The notes: generated by a model from the sequence alone, not told the origin. A stretch of 63,659 nucleotides of DNA, filler included, from Barthelona sp. PAP020 (GCA_040182905.1; 11 parts of 11 records of this genome joined end to end with filler, not necessarily neighbours in it); one strand, 5' to 3'. Shown: positions 21,166 through 32,782, counted from the first letter of the whole stretch. Made by a program: numbers and translations.

Positions 21166-22464
21166 ATGGAATCAGAAAAAGAATATGTGGAAGAAAAAAC
21201 CAAAGATTTAAATGAGATTGAAACTTTTTTTGAGGTTAGGAGTATTGTTAATGTTGGAGACAAAATTCATGAAATTTCAGGATTCTCTAAAAATATTCAT
21301 TGTATTGATTTTTCGAATGATGGGAGTATATTTGTTGTTTGTGTTTATAATGATTATGATAATGAATCATTGATGATTTTTGATTCAGAAACTTACATAA
21401 AAATTCACAATATTAAAGTATTTGGACCTCGGTACTGTTGTTTCTCTGCAGATAATCTATATTTAGCCATTTGTTGTTCATCAAAAGTACACATTCATCG
21501 AAATGATCGCAGCAAAAATTTTGAACGGGTTCAAACTTTTGATTCTGAAACTAATGTTTATTCTTTATGCTTCTCTAAGACAGATAGCAACATTCTCTTT
21601 TGTGGGACCTCATCTGGAGTATTGATAAAGTTTGACATACAAAGCGGGGAGAAATTGAACTCTTATAAGCCAGGTAGCGATCAATTTATTTGGCGAATTG
21701 ATGTCAATCCTGAAAACACTTTACTTGCGGCAGGTAGTGGTGATTACAATCTGTATGTTGTTGATATTGAAAGCTTCAGTTTAGCTTGGAGCGTATGTAA
21801 TCACACAAGATGTATCTGTTGTGTACAATTTAGCCATTCAGGGAAATTTCTCATAAGTTCTAGTGAAGATGGCCATGTCCATATGTATAGTGTCGCAACC
21901 CAAGAATTGATTCATTCTATGGATATAATCACAGAATTTGGTAACAATGAAAACTTTGACAAAAGTTTCATTGAATATGTGAAGTTTTTTTCAAAGGATA
22001 GACGAATTTTAGCTCTCGCCCGAGGGAAATTTTTTATTATAGATGTAGCGACTTTCAAAATTACACAGGTTATCGATGCAAATCTCGAAACAAATTATGT
22101 CGGTGTTGGAATTTCGAAGGATGAAAAGCAAATTTTAGTCGGAAGAACAGTTGATTCGGCTTTACATGTATATGCTACGAATTTGTTTGCAAATAATGGC
22201 TTGGAACAGGAAATTGATCAATTGATTAATTTTTCCAGAAAGTACAATGGTGGAGTTATTCTTGCTGCAAAAAAGTATGACTACTTTCATACCAATTTCA
22301 TTCGTACACTGGTCAATGCTGGTTTAGTTGTAAGGCAGGAAGAATTTGATGATATCATCAATCTGGTATGGGACCTTGTGAAATGGAATAGACAGAACAA
22401 TGGAAATTTAGAAGACTTCATGGAATTGGACAACAGTGATGATGAAATAACTGATGATGATTGA
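21166..22464 (+). CDS. WD40 beta-propeller protein with conserved C-terminal 'WDLV-GN' domain (family member 1)
   Basis: WD40 repeats (e.g. NHTRCICCVQFSHSGKFLISSSEDGHVHMY); C-terminus IRTLVNAG...EEFDDIINLVWDLVKWNRQNNGNL and an acidic tail. Confidence 0.9.
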   Translation: MESEKEYVEEKTKDLNEIETFFEVRSIVNVGDKIHEISGFSKNIHCIDFSNDGSIFVVCVYNDYDNESLMIFDSETYIKIHNIKVFGPRYCCFSADNLYLAICCSSKVHIHRNDRSKNFERVQTFDSETNVYSLCFSKTDSNILFCGTSSGVLIKFDIQSGEKLNSYKPGSDQFIWRIDVNPENTLLAAGSGDYNLYVVDIESFSLAWSVCNHTRCICCVQFSHSGKFLISSSEDGHVHMYSVATQELIHSMDIITEFGNNENFDKSFIEYVKFFSKDRRILALARGKFFIIDVATFKITQVIDANLETNYVGVGISKDEKQILVGRTVDSALHVYATNLFANNGLEQEIDQLINFSRKYNGGVILAAKKYDYFHTNFIRTLVNAGLVVRQEEFDDIINLVWDLVKWNRQNNGNLEDFMELDNSDDEITDDD

Positions 22465-22730
22465 GTTTGAGTTTTCGTGCAAAAGTGTTGATTTTTTTCC
22501 TAACTTTCCCAGCACTCTTTATATTTTAAGCTAAAAACATGATTATAAAAAATCAGTTTGCAGGTTCCTAAATTTGCAGCTTCATTTGTGTGCTCAAAGT
22601 AATCTCCATTCTGATACCGAGTTATCAAACATTATCAGTGAGGTTAGAATATACAGTTATATAATAGTTTATAAGACTTTAAGTGTGGAGACACTGGGTT
22701 ATAATATGAATTGCTCAGATTGCAAGAAGG

Positions 22731-22767
22731 GTTCTTGGCAAAGCGGACAGATTTCACAGAAAAGACA
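22731..22767 (+). repeat. Dispersed 37-bp motif, copy 2
   Basis: GTTCTTGGCAAAGCGGACAGATTTCACAGAAAAGACA; 32/37 identical to copy 3, and similarity to copy 3 continues ~45 bp downstream. Confidence 0.85.
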
Positions 22768-23002
22768 ATGCAAATGTGTTTAAGGTTTTTTCTTGCAATT
22801 TTTGATATTAATAAACGTAATCGTAAGAATTCAAAGATTAAGGATATAATCAAATAAATTAGGTCAACAGGGAATATTGAAATCCTACAAAGAGAACATA
22901 AGTGGAGACATTTAAAGTGAATCAAGGGGCTAAAGGAAAGTATAACACTTTTCTTTAAATACCCGCCCATTTAAACCGGAAGCATTTCTTTTTTTTTTTA
23001 GA

Positions 23003-23089
23003 AGTGTTCTGAACCATCCACGCAAAACGACTCAGCTGCAAGTACCCCCAAACTCTAACCGAGAACAATAAAGATCTTTATAAACATTT
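23003..23089 (+). repeat. ~87-bp direct repeat, copy B
   Basis: Matches 20683-20769 at an offset of 2320 bp. Confidence 0.9.
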
Positions 23090-23262
23090 GTTATTATTGT
23101 GAAGCGCAGCGGGCATTTCATAAGAGAGCAACAACAAGAAAATGTTTGGATGCGTTGGTGTGAGTCAAGCAAAACCCACAATATGCTAGCCTGTTTCCCT
23201 ACACTAGATCAACCAGTATCAGAGATTAATCCTACAAAGTTTCAGCCTGCAACAAGAACTTT

Positions 23263-23311
23263 GCGGGAAAAGAGAAAAGAATGTTTTCCGGCGCAGGAAA
23301 AACTTTCCCGC
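23263..23311. promoter_or_regulatory. Inverted pair of E2F-like sites
   Basis: GCGGGAAA (23263-23270) and TTTCCCGC (23304-23311) match the E2F consensus TTTSSCGC. Confidence 0.35.
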
Positions 23312-23351
23312 CATTTCTGAACAAGTTGGAATTTCAAAATTGGAAGATGTT

Positions 23352-23451
23352 NNNNNNNNNNNNNNNNNNNNNNNNNNNNNNNNNNNNNNNNNNNNTTAAT
23401 TAATTAANNNNNNNNNNNNNNNNNNNNNNNNNNNNNNNNNNNNNNNNNNNN
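23352..23451. other. Artificial contig linker
   Basis: N44-TTAATTAATTAA-N44. Confidence 0.99.
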
Positions 23452-25448
23452 GCATATTGGAGCATCTTGAAGATCTTAGTACCATATTGTTGAGGTTCAT
23501 CAAGAGAGAAACCAGAAGTTAACAAAGAAGTTTGATACAACAAATCAGATAAGTCCTTGAGTCCAGTTTCATCTTCATCATCAACCTTCTTCTTGAGAGT
23601 TTGAACGATGGTATGATTAGGATTAATTTCCATAATCTTTTGAGATGAGAACATGGCAAAAGGGTTGTTACCTTGTAAAGGTTGATCCTTCATGATACGG
23701 CTCAAGTTAGCAGTCCAACCCATTTCAGGAGTAACCAAACAACAAGGAGATTCTTCGATACGAGTACCAACAACAACCTTGGAGACTTTTTCACCGAGAG
23801 CTTCTTTCATCTTTTCACAAGTTTTTTCAAAATCTTTCTTTTGTTGTTCAATCTTTTCCTTTTCATCATCAGCCAATTCTAATTCAAGATTTTCCTTGGT
23901 GATGCAGACCAAATCATGGTCACCGAATTTGTTCAAGTTTTGAACTAAGAATTCATCAATAGGTTCAGTCATATAAATAACTTCAAAATCAAGCTTGGTC
24001 AAACGTTCAACGAAAGGAGAAGTGGCAACAGCATCCTTAGATTCACCAGTAATGTAATAAATCTTGGTTTGTCCATCTTTCATACGATCAACGTAATCTT
24101 GAAGAGAACATCTTTCATCACCAGACTTTGAGGTATGATAACGAAGAAGCTTGGAAAGTTTCTTACGGTTTTTAGCATCATCAGTAATACCGAGCTTGAT
24201 ATAACGAGAGAATTCTTCGTAGAATTTTTTGTACTTTTCTTCATCCTTGGCAAGATTCTTGAACATATCAATGGCACGCTTGGTTAAATTGGACTTAATA
24301 AGTTCAAGAATTTTGTTTCTTTGTAACATTTCACGAGAAACATTAAGAGGTAAATCAGGAGAATCAACAACACCAGACAAGAAAGCCAACCATTCGGGGC
24401 AAAGTTTCTTAGATTCGTCAGTAATGAAAACACGACGCACATACAATTTAATGTTGTTCATTTCAGCGTTTCTATTGAAAATATCAGAGGGAGCACGAGG
24501 AGGAATGTACAAAAGAGCCTTATAGGAGAAATCACCATCAACATTGACGAGTTTATAAGCCATAGGATCTTCATAATGAGGACCCAAAGTCTTGAAAAAC
24601 TCGTTGTACTCTTCTTCAGTAACATCAGCAGCATCACGGGCCCAAATAGCGTCTTGGGTATTAACACGTTCGAAATCCTTGATGGTTTTCTTTTCGGTTT
24701 TGGGTTTTTCTTCCTTCTTTTCTTCTTCTTCATCATCAAGAACTTCAACCTTGGGACCTTCTTCTTCAACGGGTTCTTCTTCTTCAACAGGAACTTCGAC
24801 TTCCTTTTCCTTGTATATATAGATAGGGTAAGGAATGAAACCAGAATGCTTCTTGACCAACTTTTCAAGTTCTTCGGCCTTTAAGAATTTGGCATGTTCT
24901 TCCTTAAGATGAAGAATAACCTTTGTACCACGAGGAATGTCATTTTCTTCACAAGAAGTGATGGTGAAATGACCACCAGCAGAAGACTTCCAAATCATTT
25001 GTTCATCATCGGGATGCTTGGTATGGACTTCAACTTCATTAGCAACAAGATAAGCGGAATAGAAACCGACACCAAATTGACCAATGAGGGACATGTCAAC
25101 ATCCTTGTTTTCTTGAAGAGTGTTGATGAAATTTTTGGTACCAGAAGAGGCGATTGTACCAAGATTTTCAATAAGATGAGCCTTAGTCATACCAATACCA
25201 GTATCCCAAATGGTGAGAGTGTTATTCTCAATATCAGGAATGATCTTGATTTCAAGAGCATCAGTATCTCTCATAGCATCCTTATCTTCAAAGGAAAGGT
25301 AATGAATCTTATCAAGAGCATCACTACCATTTGAGATAAGTTCTCTCAAGAACAAAGAGGGTTCAGAATAAAAGTTATTGATGATGAGTTGCATCAATTG
25401 ATTGATCTCTGCTTGGAAAGCAAAGGTTTCTGTATTTTGATCAGCCAT
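23452..25448 (-). CDS. HSP90: Cytosolic Hsp90 (3' truncated)
   Basis: [74 protein letters not shown]. Confidence 0.97.
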
Positions 25449-25967
25449 GTTAAAACAAAAAAAAACTTTTTGGAGGAGATTTTTTGGAGAATAATTTGAA
25501 AATTTTAGTGAAAGCACTTGATATGGTTGAAATCTGAATAACCATTTGTTTCATTTAAGATGAATTGATTCAAAATATCATTGTGTGATAATATTTTTCA
25601 TCAAACTATTTTCAAAACTGTTCCTTTTTTATCAGTTCATTTCTTGGATTTCACTGAATGTATTTATTATTTATTGTAACATTTAAACAAACACAAAAGT
25701 TTGGTTTTGATAAGAATCAGAAGGATTGAAACTTCAATATTTTAAATCAACAATTGAATTAGCTTTGGGCACAAAATAGTGAAGATAAAAATCATTTTAG
25801 AAAACGACTATCAATTTTCATGATTTTTTTCTTTTTTGAATTTTTTTTCTGAAAATGGTATCTCTTTCATTTTTACGTCAATAAACATAAAATTCCATTT
25901 CTCCAGTGTTTCTTGTTGTGAAGATTTTTTCTTTTTTTTTTATATATGTTTCTAATTTTTTTTTTCC

Positions 25968-28900
25968 ATGTCAGAATCTAAATATAGACAATCACCTGAC
26001 CCTACTTTGGGTGTAGATGTGGTTGTTCGTGATTCGAGGGCTTCGAAATATGGTCTTACCGTTTCTGAAATTGGTGAAGCTTTTGAACCTCAACATAAGG
26101 AAAGAAGTGTTGAGACTATTCGTACTCTTGGATTAGTTGGAGATATTTGCGAGAAATTGCTTAGTCACCCTGAAAAAGGATTGACAAATGAAGAAGCCGA
26201 ATGTGAAACACGTTCTGCTGTTTTTGGTAAGAATTATATTGAACCACCACCAGTTAAAGGATACTTTGCGCTCCTTTGGGAAGCCTTTCAAGATACTACC
26301 TTGATTATCCTTTGTATTGCTGCCGTTATTTCTTTGGGTTTAGGAATTTATGAAAGTCCTACCGATGGTTGGTATGAAGGTGCAGCTATTTTAATTGCTG
26401 TTTTGTTAGTTACAAATGTTACAGCAGCAAATGATTATTCAAAAGAAAATCAGTTCCGAAAATTGAACGAAGTTGCTGAAGCGAAAGAAGTGAAAGTTAT
26501 AAGAGATGGAAAGGTTAAAGTTGTTACTTCTGATCATCTTAAGGTTGGTGATGTGATGAGAGTTGCCGTTGGTGATATCCTTGATGTTGATGGTATTTTT
26601 ATCAGTGGTAGAGATGTAAAAACCGATGAAGGATCAATTACTGGAGAAACTGATGAAATTTCAAAGGTGTTGGACGATGGGACTCTTCCCAGTGACAAAC
26701 ATGACAAAAATAATTTCTTTTTGGCTGGTTCTGGCATCTGTACTGGTTCTGGTACTATGCTTGTTATGGCTGTTGGTGCAAATTCTACTCAAGGAAAAAT
26801 CAAAGCCTCTTTAGCTCGTGAAAGAGAAAAAACACCTCTTCAAGAAAAACTTGACGATGTTGCCACTACTATTGGATATATTGGTTTTGGTGCAGCTATT
26901 GTGACTATGCTTGTTCTCGCTGTTAAATTTGTTATGCATGTGATGGAACATTCATTTAGTCTTGCTAAAGATGGTCAAGAAATTATGGAAATTTTCCTTA
27001 TCGGTGTTGCTATTGTAGTTGTCGCTGTTCCTGAAGGTCTTCCTTTGGCAGTCACTATCTCTTTGGCTTATTCAATGGTGAAAATGTTCAAAGAAAACAA
27101 TTTTGTCAGAAGATTGGAAGCTTGTGAAACGATGGGTGGTGCTACATGTATTTGTACAGACAAAACTGGAACACTTACCAAAAATGAGATGAATGTTGTT
27201 CAATTGTACACTGATAATCAATTTTATGAAGATGAAAAGAAACTTCCTGATGCTGAGCAATTGGGCGAACTTTTTGAACCTTTCGTTTATAATATTCAAT
27301 TGAATTCCGATGCAGATCTTGTTGATCCTGAAGTACCTGGTGGTCGTTATGGAGTAAAGGGATCTAAAGTCGAAGGTGCCATGTTGATTTATGCTAAAGA
27401 AGTTCTCAATTGTGGAAATTATCATGAACAACGTGTTTCGATGAAAGATAAAATTGTTCATTACTGGCCTTTTTCATCATTGCTCAAACGTATGGATGTT
27501 GTTGTGAAAAGAGAAGGAGGAGGTCACCGTTTGTTAACCAAAGGAGCTTCTGAAATTGTTTTAGACAATTGTTCTACTGTTCTTTTGGCTGATGGAACCT
27601 GTACTCTGCTTACTGATGAGGATCGTGATGAAGCTCGTGCTGCCATTAAAAGTATGACAGGTCATGGTTACCGTACTCTTACATATGCCTTTGTTGATCT
27701 TGATGAATCTCAAAGTTATGGAGAAGCACCTCCTGATGTAAAGCAAACACTTATTGCAATTGTTGGTGTCAAAGACCCTGTTCGTGATTCCGTTCCTGCT
27801 TCTGTCGTACGTTGTCACGATGCTGGTGTTGATGTAAAGATGGTTACCGGTGATAATATCGATACTGCCCGTTTTATTGCTAAGGAATGTCATATTCTTG
27901 AAAATGAAGAAACTCAACACGCCATTCGTGGTCCTGAGCTTCGTAAAATTTTTGATGATGGTAAAATGACTCCTGAATTCGCCAGAAACCTCAAAGTTGT
28001 TGCTCGTTGTTCACCCACAGACAAAGAAAGACTTGTTCTTTATCTTCGTTCTCTTGGTGAAGTTGTAGCTGTTACAGGTGATGGTAATAATGATGCACCT
28101 GCTCTTAATGCTGCTGATGTTGGTTTTTCTATGGGTATCACTGGTACAGATGTGGCCAAAGAAGCTTCTGCTATCGTTTTGTTGGATGATAATTTTACTT
28201 CTATTGTCACTGCTGCTAAATGGGGTCGTAATGTATATGATTCAATTCGTAAGTTTGTTCAATTCCAATTAACTGTCAATATTGTTGCTATTGCTGTTAC
28301 ATCAATTGGATCTATGACTGGAGAAGGAGGTTCACCTTTGAAGCCTGTTCAATTATTATGGGTTAATTTAATTATGGATACTTTTGCCGCACTTGCATTA
28401 GCAACAGAAGAACCTACTGAAGCCTTGCTTGATCGTCAACCTTATGGACGTTTTGACAGACTTATTTGTCCTGCTATGTGGAGAAACATCATTGGACAGG
28501 CTATTGTTCAATTAATAATTCAATTTGGTATTTTATATTATGGTACTAATTTGCAACCTTTCAGTAATATCGTCAAAGATTCAACTCATCATTACACTAT
28601 AGTTTTTAATTCTTTTGTTATGTTACAATTGTTCAATGAAGTCACTTCAAGACGTGTTTATAATGAATTGAACTTCTTTGAAGGATTTTTCAATAATTTT
28701 ATCTTTTTAGGTGTTATGATTGTAACCATCATTGGTCAATACTTGTTGGTTGAATTTGCTGGTAATTTTGCATCGACAGAAAAGTTATCTGTTGAAGAAT
28801 GGGGATGGTGCATTGGTCTTGGATTTTTGTCCATACCTTTTGGTTTCTTGATGAGATTGGTCAAATTCCCAACAACCTCACTTGATGAAAAAGCTCAAGC

Positions 28901-29114
28901 TATATACAAAGAAGAAATGGAAAAGAAAAGAATTGAAAAGGAAAAAGATTTGTTGGAAAGCAAGACTCAGGTTGCTAATGGAAAAGAACAAACACATTAT
29001 TCTGACAAAGAGGTTTTGGAAGCTCGTAAGCAATGGAGACAAATGTTGAATAAAGTTCATCTTGCTTCGAAAATTTCCAAAATGAGTTCCAAAATTGATA
29101 TCAACATTGAATAA
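25968..29114 (+). CDS. P2B-type Ca2+-ATPase (PMCA-like)
   Basis: VVAVPEGLPLAVT, CTDKTGTLT, WGRNVYDSIRKFVQFQLTVN, VQLLWVNLIMDT; putative CaM-binding tail. Confidence 0.96.
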   Translation: MSESKYRQSPDPTLGVDVVVRDSRASKYGLTVSEIGEAFEPQHKERSVETIRTLGLVGDICEKLLSHPEKGLTNEEAECETRSAVFGKNYIEPPPVKGYFALLWEAFQDTTLIILCIAAVISLGLGIYESPTDGWYEGAAILIAVLLVTNVTAANDYSKENQFRKLNEVAEAKEVKVIRDGKVKVVTSDHLKVGDVMRVAVGDILDVDGIFISGRDVKTDEGSITGETDEISKVLDDGTLPSDKHDKNNFFLAGSGICTGSGTMLVMAVGANSTQGKIKASLAREREKTPLQEKLDDVATTIGYIGFGAAIVTMLVLAVKFVMHVMEHSFSLAKDGQEIMEIFLIGVAIVVVAVPEGLPLAVTISLAYSMVKMFKENNFVRRLEACETMGGATCICTDKTGTLTKNEMNVVQLYTDNQFYEDEKKLPDAEQLGELFEPFVYNIQLNSDADLVDPEVPGGRYGVKGSKVEGAMLIYAKEVLNCGNYHEQRVSMKDKIVHYWPFSSLLKRMDVVVKREGGGHRLLTKGASEIVLDNCSTVLLADGTCTLLTDEDRDEARAAIKSMTGHGYRTLTYAFVDLDESQSYGEAPPDVKQTLIAIVGVKDPVRDSVPASVVRCHDAGVDVKMVTGDNIDTARFIAKECHILENEETQHAIRGPELRKIFDDGKMTPEFARNLKVVARCSPTDKERLVLYLRSLGEVVAVTGDGNNDAPALNAADVGFSMGITGTDVAKEASAIVLLDDNFTSIVTAAKWGRNVYDSIRKFVQFQLTVNIVAIAVTSIGSMTGEGGSPLKPVQLLWVNLIMDTFAALALATEEPTEALLDRQPYGRFDRLICPAMWRNIIGQAIVQLIIQFGILYYGTNLQPFSNIVKDSTHHYTIVFNSFVMLQLFNEVTSRRVYNELNFFEGFFNNFIFLGVMIVTIIGQYLLVEFAGNFASTEKLSVEEWGWCIGLGFLSIPFGFLMRLVKFPTTSLDEKAQAIYKEEMEKKRIEKEKDLLESKTQVANGKEQTHYSDKEVLEARKQWRQMLNKVHLASKISKMSSKIDINIE

Positions 29115-29163
29115 ATTGTAACTCTTTTTGTAAACAAATTGTATGTGGTAATTATAAAGTTGT

Positions 29164-29263
29164 NNNNNNNNNNNNNNNNNNNNNNNNNNNNNNNNNNNNN
29201 NNNNNNNTTAATTAATTAANNNNNNNNNNNNNNNNNNNNNNNNNNNNNNNNNNNNNNNNNNNN
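29164..29263. other. Artificial contig linker
   Basis: N44-TTAATTAATTAA-N44. Confidence 0.99.
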
Positions 29264-29452
29264 GGAATACTTTTGGGGAAAAGTTGCCTTTTGGAGATAT
29301 AAAAAAGGAGAACGGAAAATTCCTTGGGAAAAATAAATGCTCCGACTTCGTCAAATCTGATTTTTTTTTTTAATTGATGGAAAAGAAGAAATAAAAAACC
29401 TTTATATCATTGGCAATTGAACAATCAAAATACGGATAAACAAAATATATCT

Positions 29453-31711
29453 TTATGATTCTGCTTGATCAAACACTGAATAAATGGATTCACTGACTAG
29501 TTGATTGTACAAAGTAATATATTCAGCATTTGTTGGATTTTTTTCCAGCAATTTGGAAAGATATTGCATAGCAAATTCATAAATAGGATAATCTTCTGCA
29601 TCAATTAATTGATCATCAGATTGATCAACCAATTCTGGGACAATATCTGGAATTATTGGACTGTTGTTTTCAAAATCTTTGTTGGAATCTTGCTCCAATT
29701 GCAAATAACTCAATGCTGACTTAACAAATTGAAAAACTATGGATTCTTGAAAATGATAATTCAAAAGTTTTATCAAAATTCTACAACTCCTTTTTCCTTT
29801 GCCCAACTTTTCCAAAAAAGAACAATAGTTCAAAATTAATGACCAATTTTGTTTGAAAAAATCCCGACAAGAACCAGCAACATTGATAGCAAATGCGAAA
29901 TATTTATTGAAAATCACAAGAAGGGTTTTATAGTTCTTTTGATATTTAGACGCAGAATTTGATTTCAACATGTTCGAATTCAGTTGAAAATATGGTTTTA
30001 AATTCAGAAGATTTGTTGGAACCCTAATAACTGGAGATTTTATCTCATTCAAATTCAAATGAATAGATGGTTGACAAGGGACATTTATTCCATTCTTCAA
30101 TGGTAGGTTGTAAGTTTTGGCTAAAAGATCGGGTTTTTCAAGCAAGACTTTTGTCAACTGAGAAAGAATCTGCACATTTCGAGGTTGAAGAGAAATACAT
30201 TGAATCAAATACACTAAAGCATAATAGCTGTTTCCTTGAGCATTGTAAAAATTAGCTAAACCATACCAACCATGATAAAAAGAAGGGGCAACCTTTAAAC
30301 ATTGTTGAAATGCACTGGAACATGTATGTAAATCTTCATTTTCCAATGCTACAATTCCTGTTGAAAAAAGTGGCAAATGAGAATAAGGATTTAAAGAAAC
30401 AGCTCTTTTAAAGTACGTAATACTTTCATTGATTGATTTCTTCAAGCTGAAACAAAGTCCCATAATATACCATACTTTCCAATTGCGAACACCTAAAGAA
30501 TAAATATTTCTAGCAAGAATTGTAAGTTTTGGCAAATCTTTTTGCATATATAATGCAAGACCATGATATTCAACGAGCCAATCACTTTTAGGTGTATTTG
30601 ACCGAAGAAGTTCAAAATATGGAATACTTCGAGCAACTTTGTGGTCATTAAATAGAATCAACGCTTTATATGCTTGTCTAAACAACATAGGAGTGTGTTT
30701 TAATGTTTTTAAAGCAATTTCATATTCAAATCTTTGTAAATGAAAGACAGTATTTGCCATCGATGAAATTGTCTCTTTTGAAAATAAATTTATCGCTTTT
30801 TTTCTTTCCTTAACAACAGGTTTTTTCAACAATAAACTTGAAGAAGCAGCAAGATGATTATTTTGTGTGGGATACGCTGGTGGAGAAGTGATTCGATAAT
30901 CATTTGGAAAAGTCGTACCGGATATATCAGGGGTAAAATCAAAAGTATTGGAAGGAATCAAATCAACAGGTGTTTGATAACCTGAACTGGTATGACGCAA
31001 CAAAGGGGTTTGAGAATTAGAAGGCCTTCTAGAAAAACTGGATTGCGACCTAGATCTACTTTGAATAAATGTTGGAGACAAAATTTTGGGACTTGCATCT
31101 GCATAATCCAAAGTTTTGGCCGCTTCAACATTTGTTCTTTTTTCATCAGACAATTTTCTGGCAACATTTGGAAGAAAATTAAGTTCAACTTCTTCTTCCT
31201 CCACAAATTCAACATCAACAAAAGCATTTAATTCAGCATCGTCTTCGTCTTTCATAAAGACATCAAATTGTAATTTTTCTGAAGGATTTAAAGCCAACAA
31301 ACGTTCATAAGCCAATATTAAATGAGGACATTCTTTTAAACAAGCTTCATAACTTTCAATCGCAACTCTTGTCCTTCCAGAAAATTCACATATCTTTCCC
31401 AATAAATAAAATCCTGCATAACCTCCAGGAATATTTCCACTTTCAATCACTTCAATAGGTTTAGACTCATTTAACAAGGCCTTTTGTGCTCCATTCAAAT
31501 CATTTAGATGCAAATATGAAATTGCACATAAATACCTGCATCTATCAAAACTATAAGGTTCTAAAACACCAATCGCTTCTGAATAAGAACCAGATTTAAT
31601 TAATAACTCAGCTAATAATATTGCTTGTTCTTTGGTTTGATTTTCATAATAAGCAATTCTGGATAAATATATAGCAGGTTCAAACAAAAAGTCCGCTTCA
31701 AAATCAAACAT
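29453..31711 (-). CDS. CDC27: APC3/Cdc27-like TPR protein, divergent
   Basis: N-terminal APC3-like TPRs (CRYLCAISYLHLN, FYLLGKIC), a disordered S/T-P-rich middle, then WYIMGLCFSLKK...YFKRAVSLNP and YHGWYGLA TPRs. Confidence 0.65.
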   Translation of the reverse strand: MFDFEADFLFEPAIYLSRIAYYENQTKEQAILLAELLIKSGSYSEAIGVLEPYSFDRCRYLCAISYLHLNDLNGAQKALLNESKPIEVIESGNIPGGYAGFYLLGKICEFSGRTRVAIESYEACLKECPHLILAYERLLALNPSEKLQFDVFMKDEDDAELNAFVDVEFVEEEEVELNFLPNVARKLSDEKRTNVEAAKTLDYADASPKILSPTFIQSRSRSQSSFSRRPSNSQTPLLRHTSSGYQTPVDLIPSNTFDFTPDISGTTFPNDYRITSPPAYPTQNNHLAASSSLLLKKPVVKERKKAINLFSKETISSMANTVFHLQRFEYEIALKTLKHTPMLFRQAYKALILFNDHKVARSIPYFELLRSNTPKSDWLVEYHGLALYMQKDLPKLTILARNIYSLGVRNWKVWYIMGLCFSLKKSINESITYFKRAVSLNPYSHLPLFSTGIVALENEDLHTCSSAFQQCLKVAPSFYHGWYGLANFYNAQGNSYYALVYLIQCISLQPRNVQILSQLTKVLLEKPDLLAKTYNLPLKNGINVPCQPSIHLNLNEIKSPVIRVPTNLLNLKPYFQLNSNMLKSNSASKYQKNYKTLLVIFNKYFAFAINVAGSCRDFFKQNWSLILNYCSFLEKLGKGKRSCRILIKLLNYHFQESIVFQFVKSALSYLQLEQDSNKDFENNSPIIPDIVPELVDQSDDQLIDAEDYPIYEFAMQYLSKLLEKNPTNAEYITLYNQLVSESIYSVFDQAES

Positions 31712-31862
31712 GCTTTGAAGAAAAAAAATACGGAAGGATCTTTTTTTTTTGAAATCAACCAATTGATTCAAAAGAATCCAAAAGAATTTGCATTTATAAT
31801 ACAATGACCCATAAAAAAAAAAACTCAGTTATTTTATTTACAAATCGGTGAGTAAAAGCATA

Positions 31863-32435
31863 TCAAACATCAGATAAATCAGACAATGCAGGTGAAGAAG
31901 GAGACGAAGCTATCAGGGAACCTAACCCCGCAGCCTCAACACTGTTGGAAGATTCAGTGTTGTTCTTCAGTTTGGAAAACTTGGATCTTTTTTCAGGGGA
32001 TTCCAATACACTTGCATATCTTAAAACTGTTTCTGTTGCTTTTTGATTAAATAATTCGGGTTTGTTCAACATCATTCTTGCTGCTTCTAAATTCATTGGA
32101 TCTGTTGGATTCGGATATCTCAACAATTGTGGCAAAAAAGTTTCGAAAATATTATTCAGATCATACATTGGTGTCCAGGTTTGATTCAAAACATTTAGAC
32201 ACACAGCACCTGATTTAAAATCAATATTGGGATGAAATATATGTGTTAAAAATTGGACAGAGGGAGAACGATAAGGATAATTGTTTGGTAACTCAATCCG
32301 AACAAAAAAAATTCCTTTCTCATAGGGAGTGTCAACAGGTCCGCGAAAAGATACTTTTAAGGCTTCATCTTCAATAGTATCAACTTCATATCCAGCCAAA
32401 ACTAATTTCATTATGTCTTGATGACGACGATTCAT
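31863..32435 (-). CDS. UBE2H: Ubiquitin-conjugating enzyme E2 H (Ubc8)
   Basis: RRHQDIMKL, FHPNIDFKSGAVCLNVLNQTWTPMYDL, IFETFLPQLLRYPNPTDP. Confidence 0.9.
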   Translation of the reverse strand: MNRRHQDIMKLVLAGYEVDTIEDEALKVSFRGPVDTPYEKGIFFVRIELPNNYPYRSPSVQFLTHIFHPNIDFKSGAVCLNVLNQTWTPMYDLNNIFETFLPQLLRYPNPTDPMNLEAARMMLNKPELFNQKATETVLRYASVLESPEKRSKFSKLKNNTESSNSVEAAGLGSLIASSPSSPALSDLSDV

Positions 32436-32782
32436 TTTTGTTAAGTTGTGTTGATAAATTATGATAAAATAATACAAAAAATAAATATGTGACTAAAATA
32501 AAGGCAGTGATAGAAAAATACGAAGGAACGACTGATCAAAACTTCATAAAATTGATAACCATTTTTCTCTACAACAAATATTACGAACACTTATATTATC
32601 ATACAATAATCAAATCTGTCAAAGTAAAAACAAAAATTATTGAAAATTAATATTCTACATTTGAAACAAGAATAATAATATTCAGAGTGAATCCTTTCAA
32701 TAAATAACTACATTATAATTATTCTATGTCAAAAACAATAAAAAAATGATCAATTGAAAAAGAATATTTGTTGTCAAAAGAA

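Noticed and set aside
22921..22935. ATCAAGGGGCTAAAG resembling the RNase MRP CR-V motif
   Set aside because: No upstream GAAAGTCCCC-like partner to form P4.
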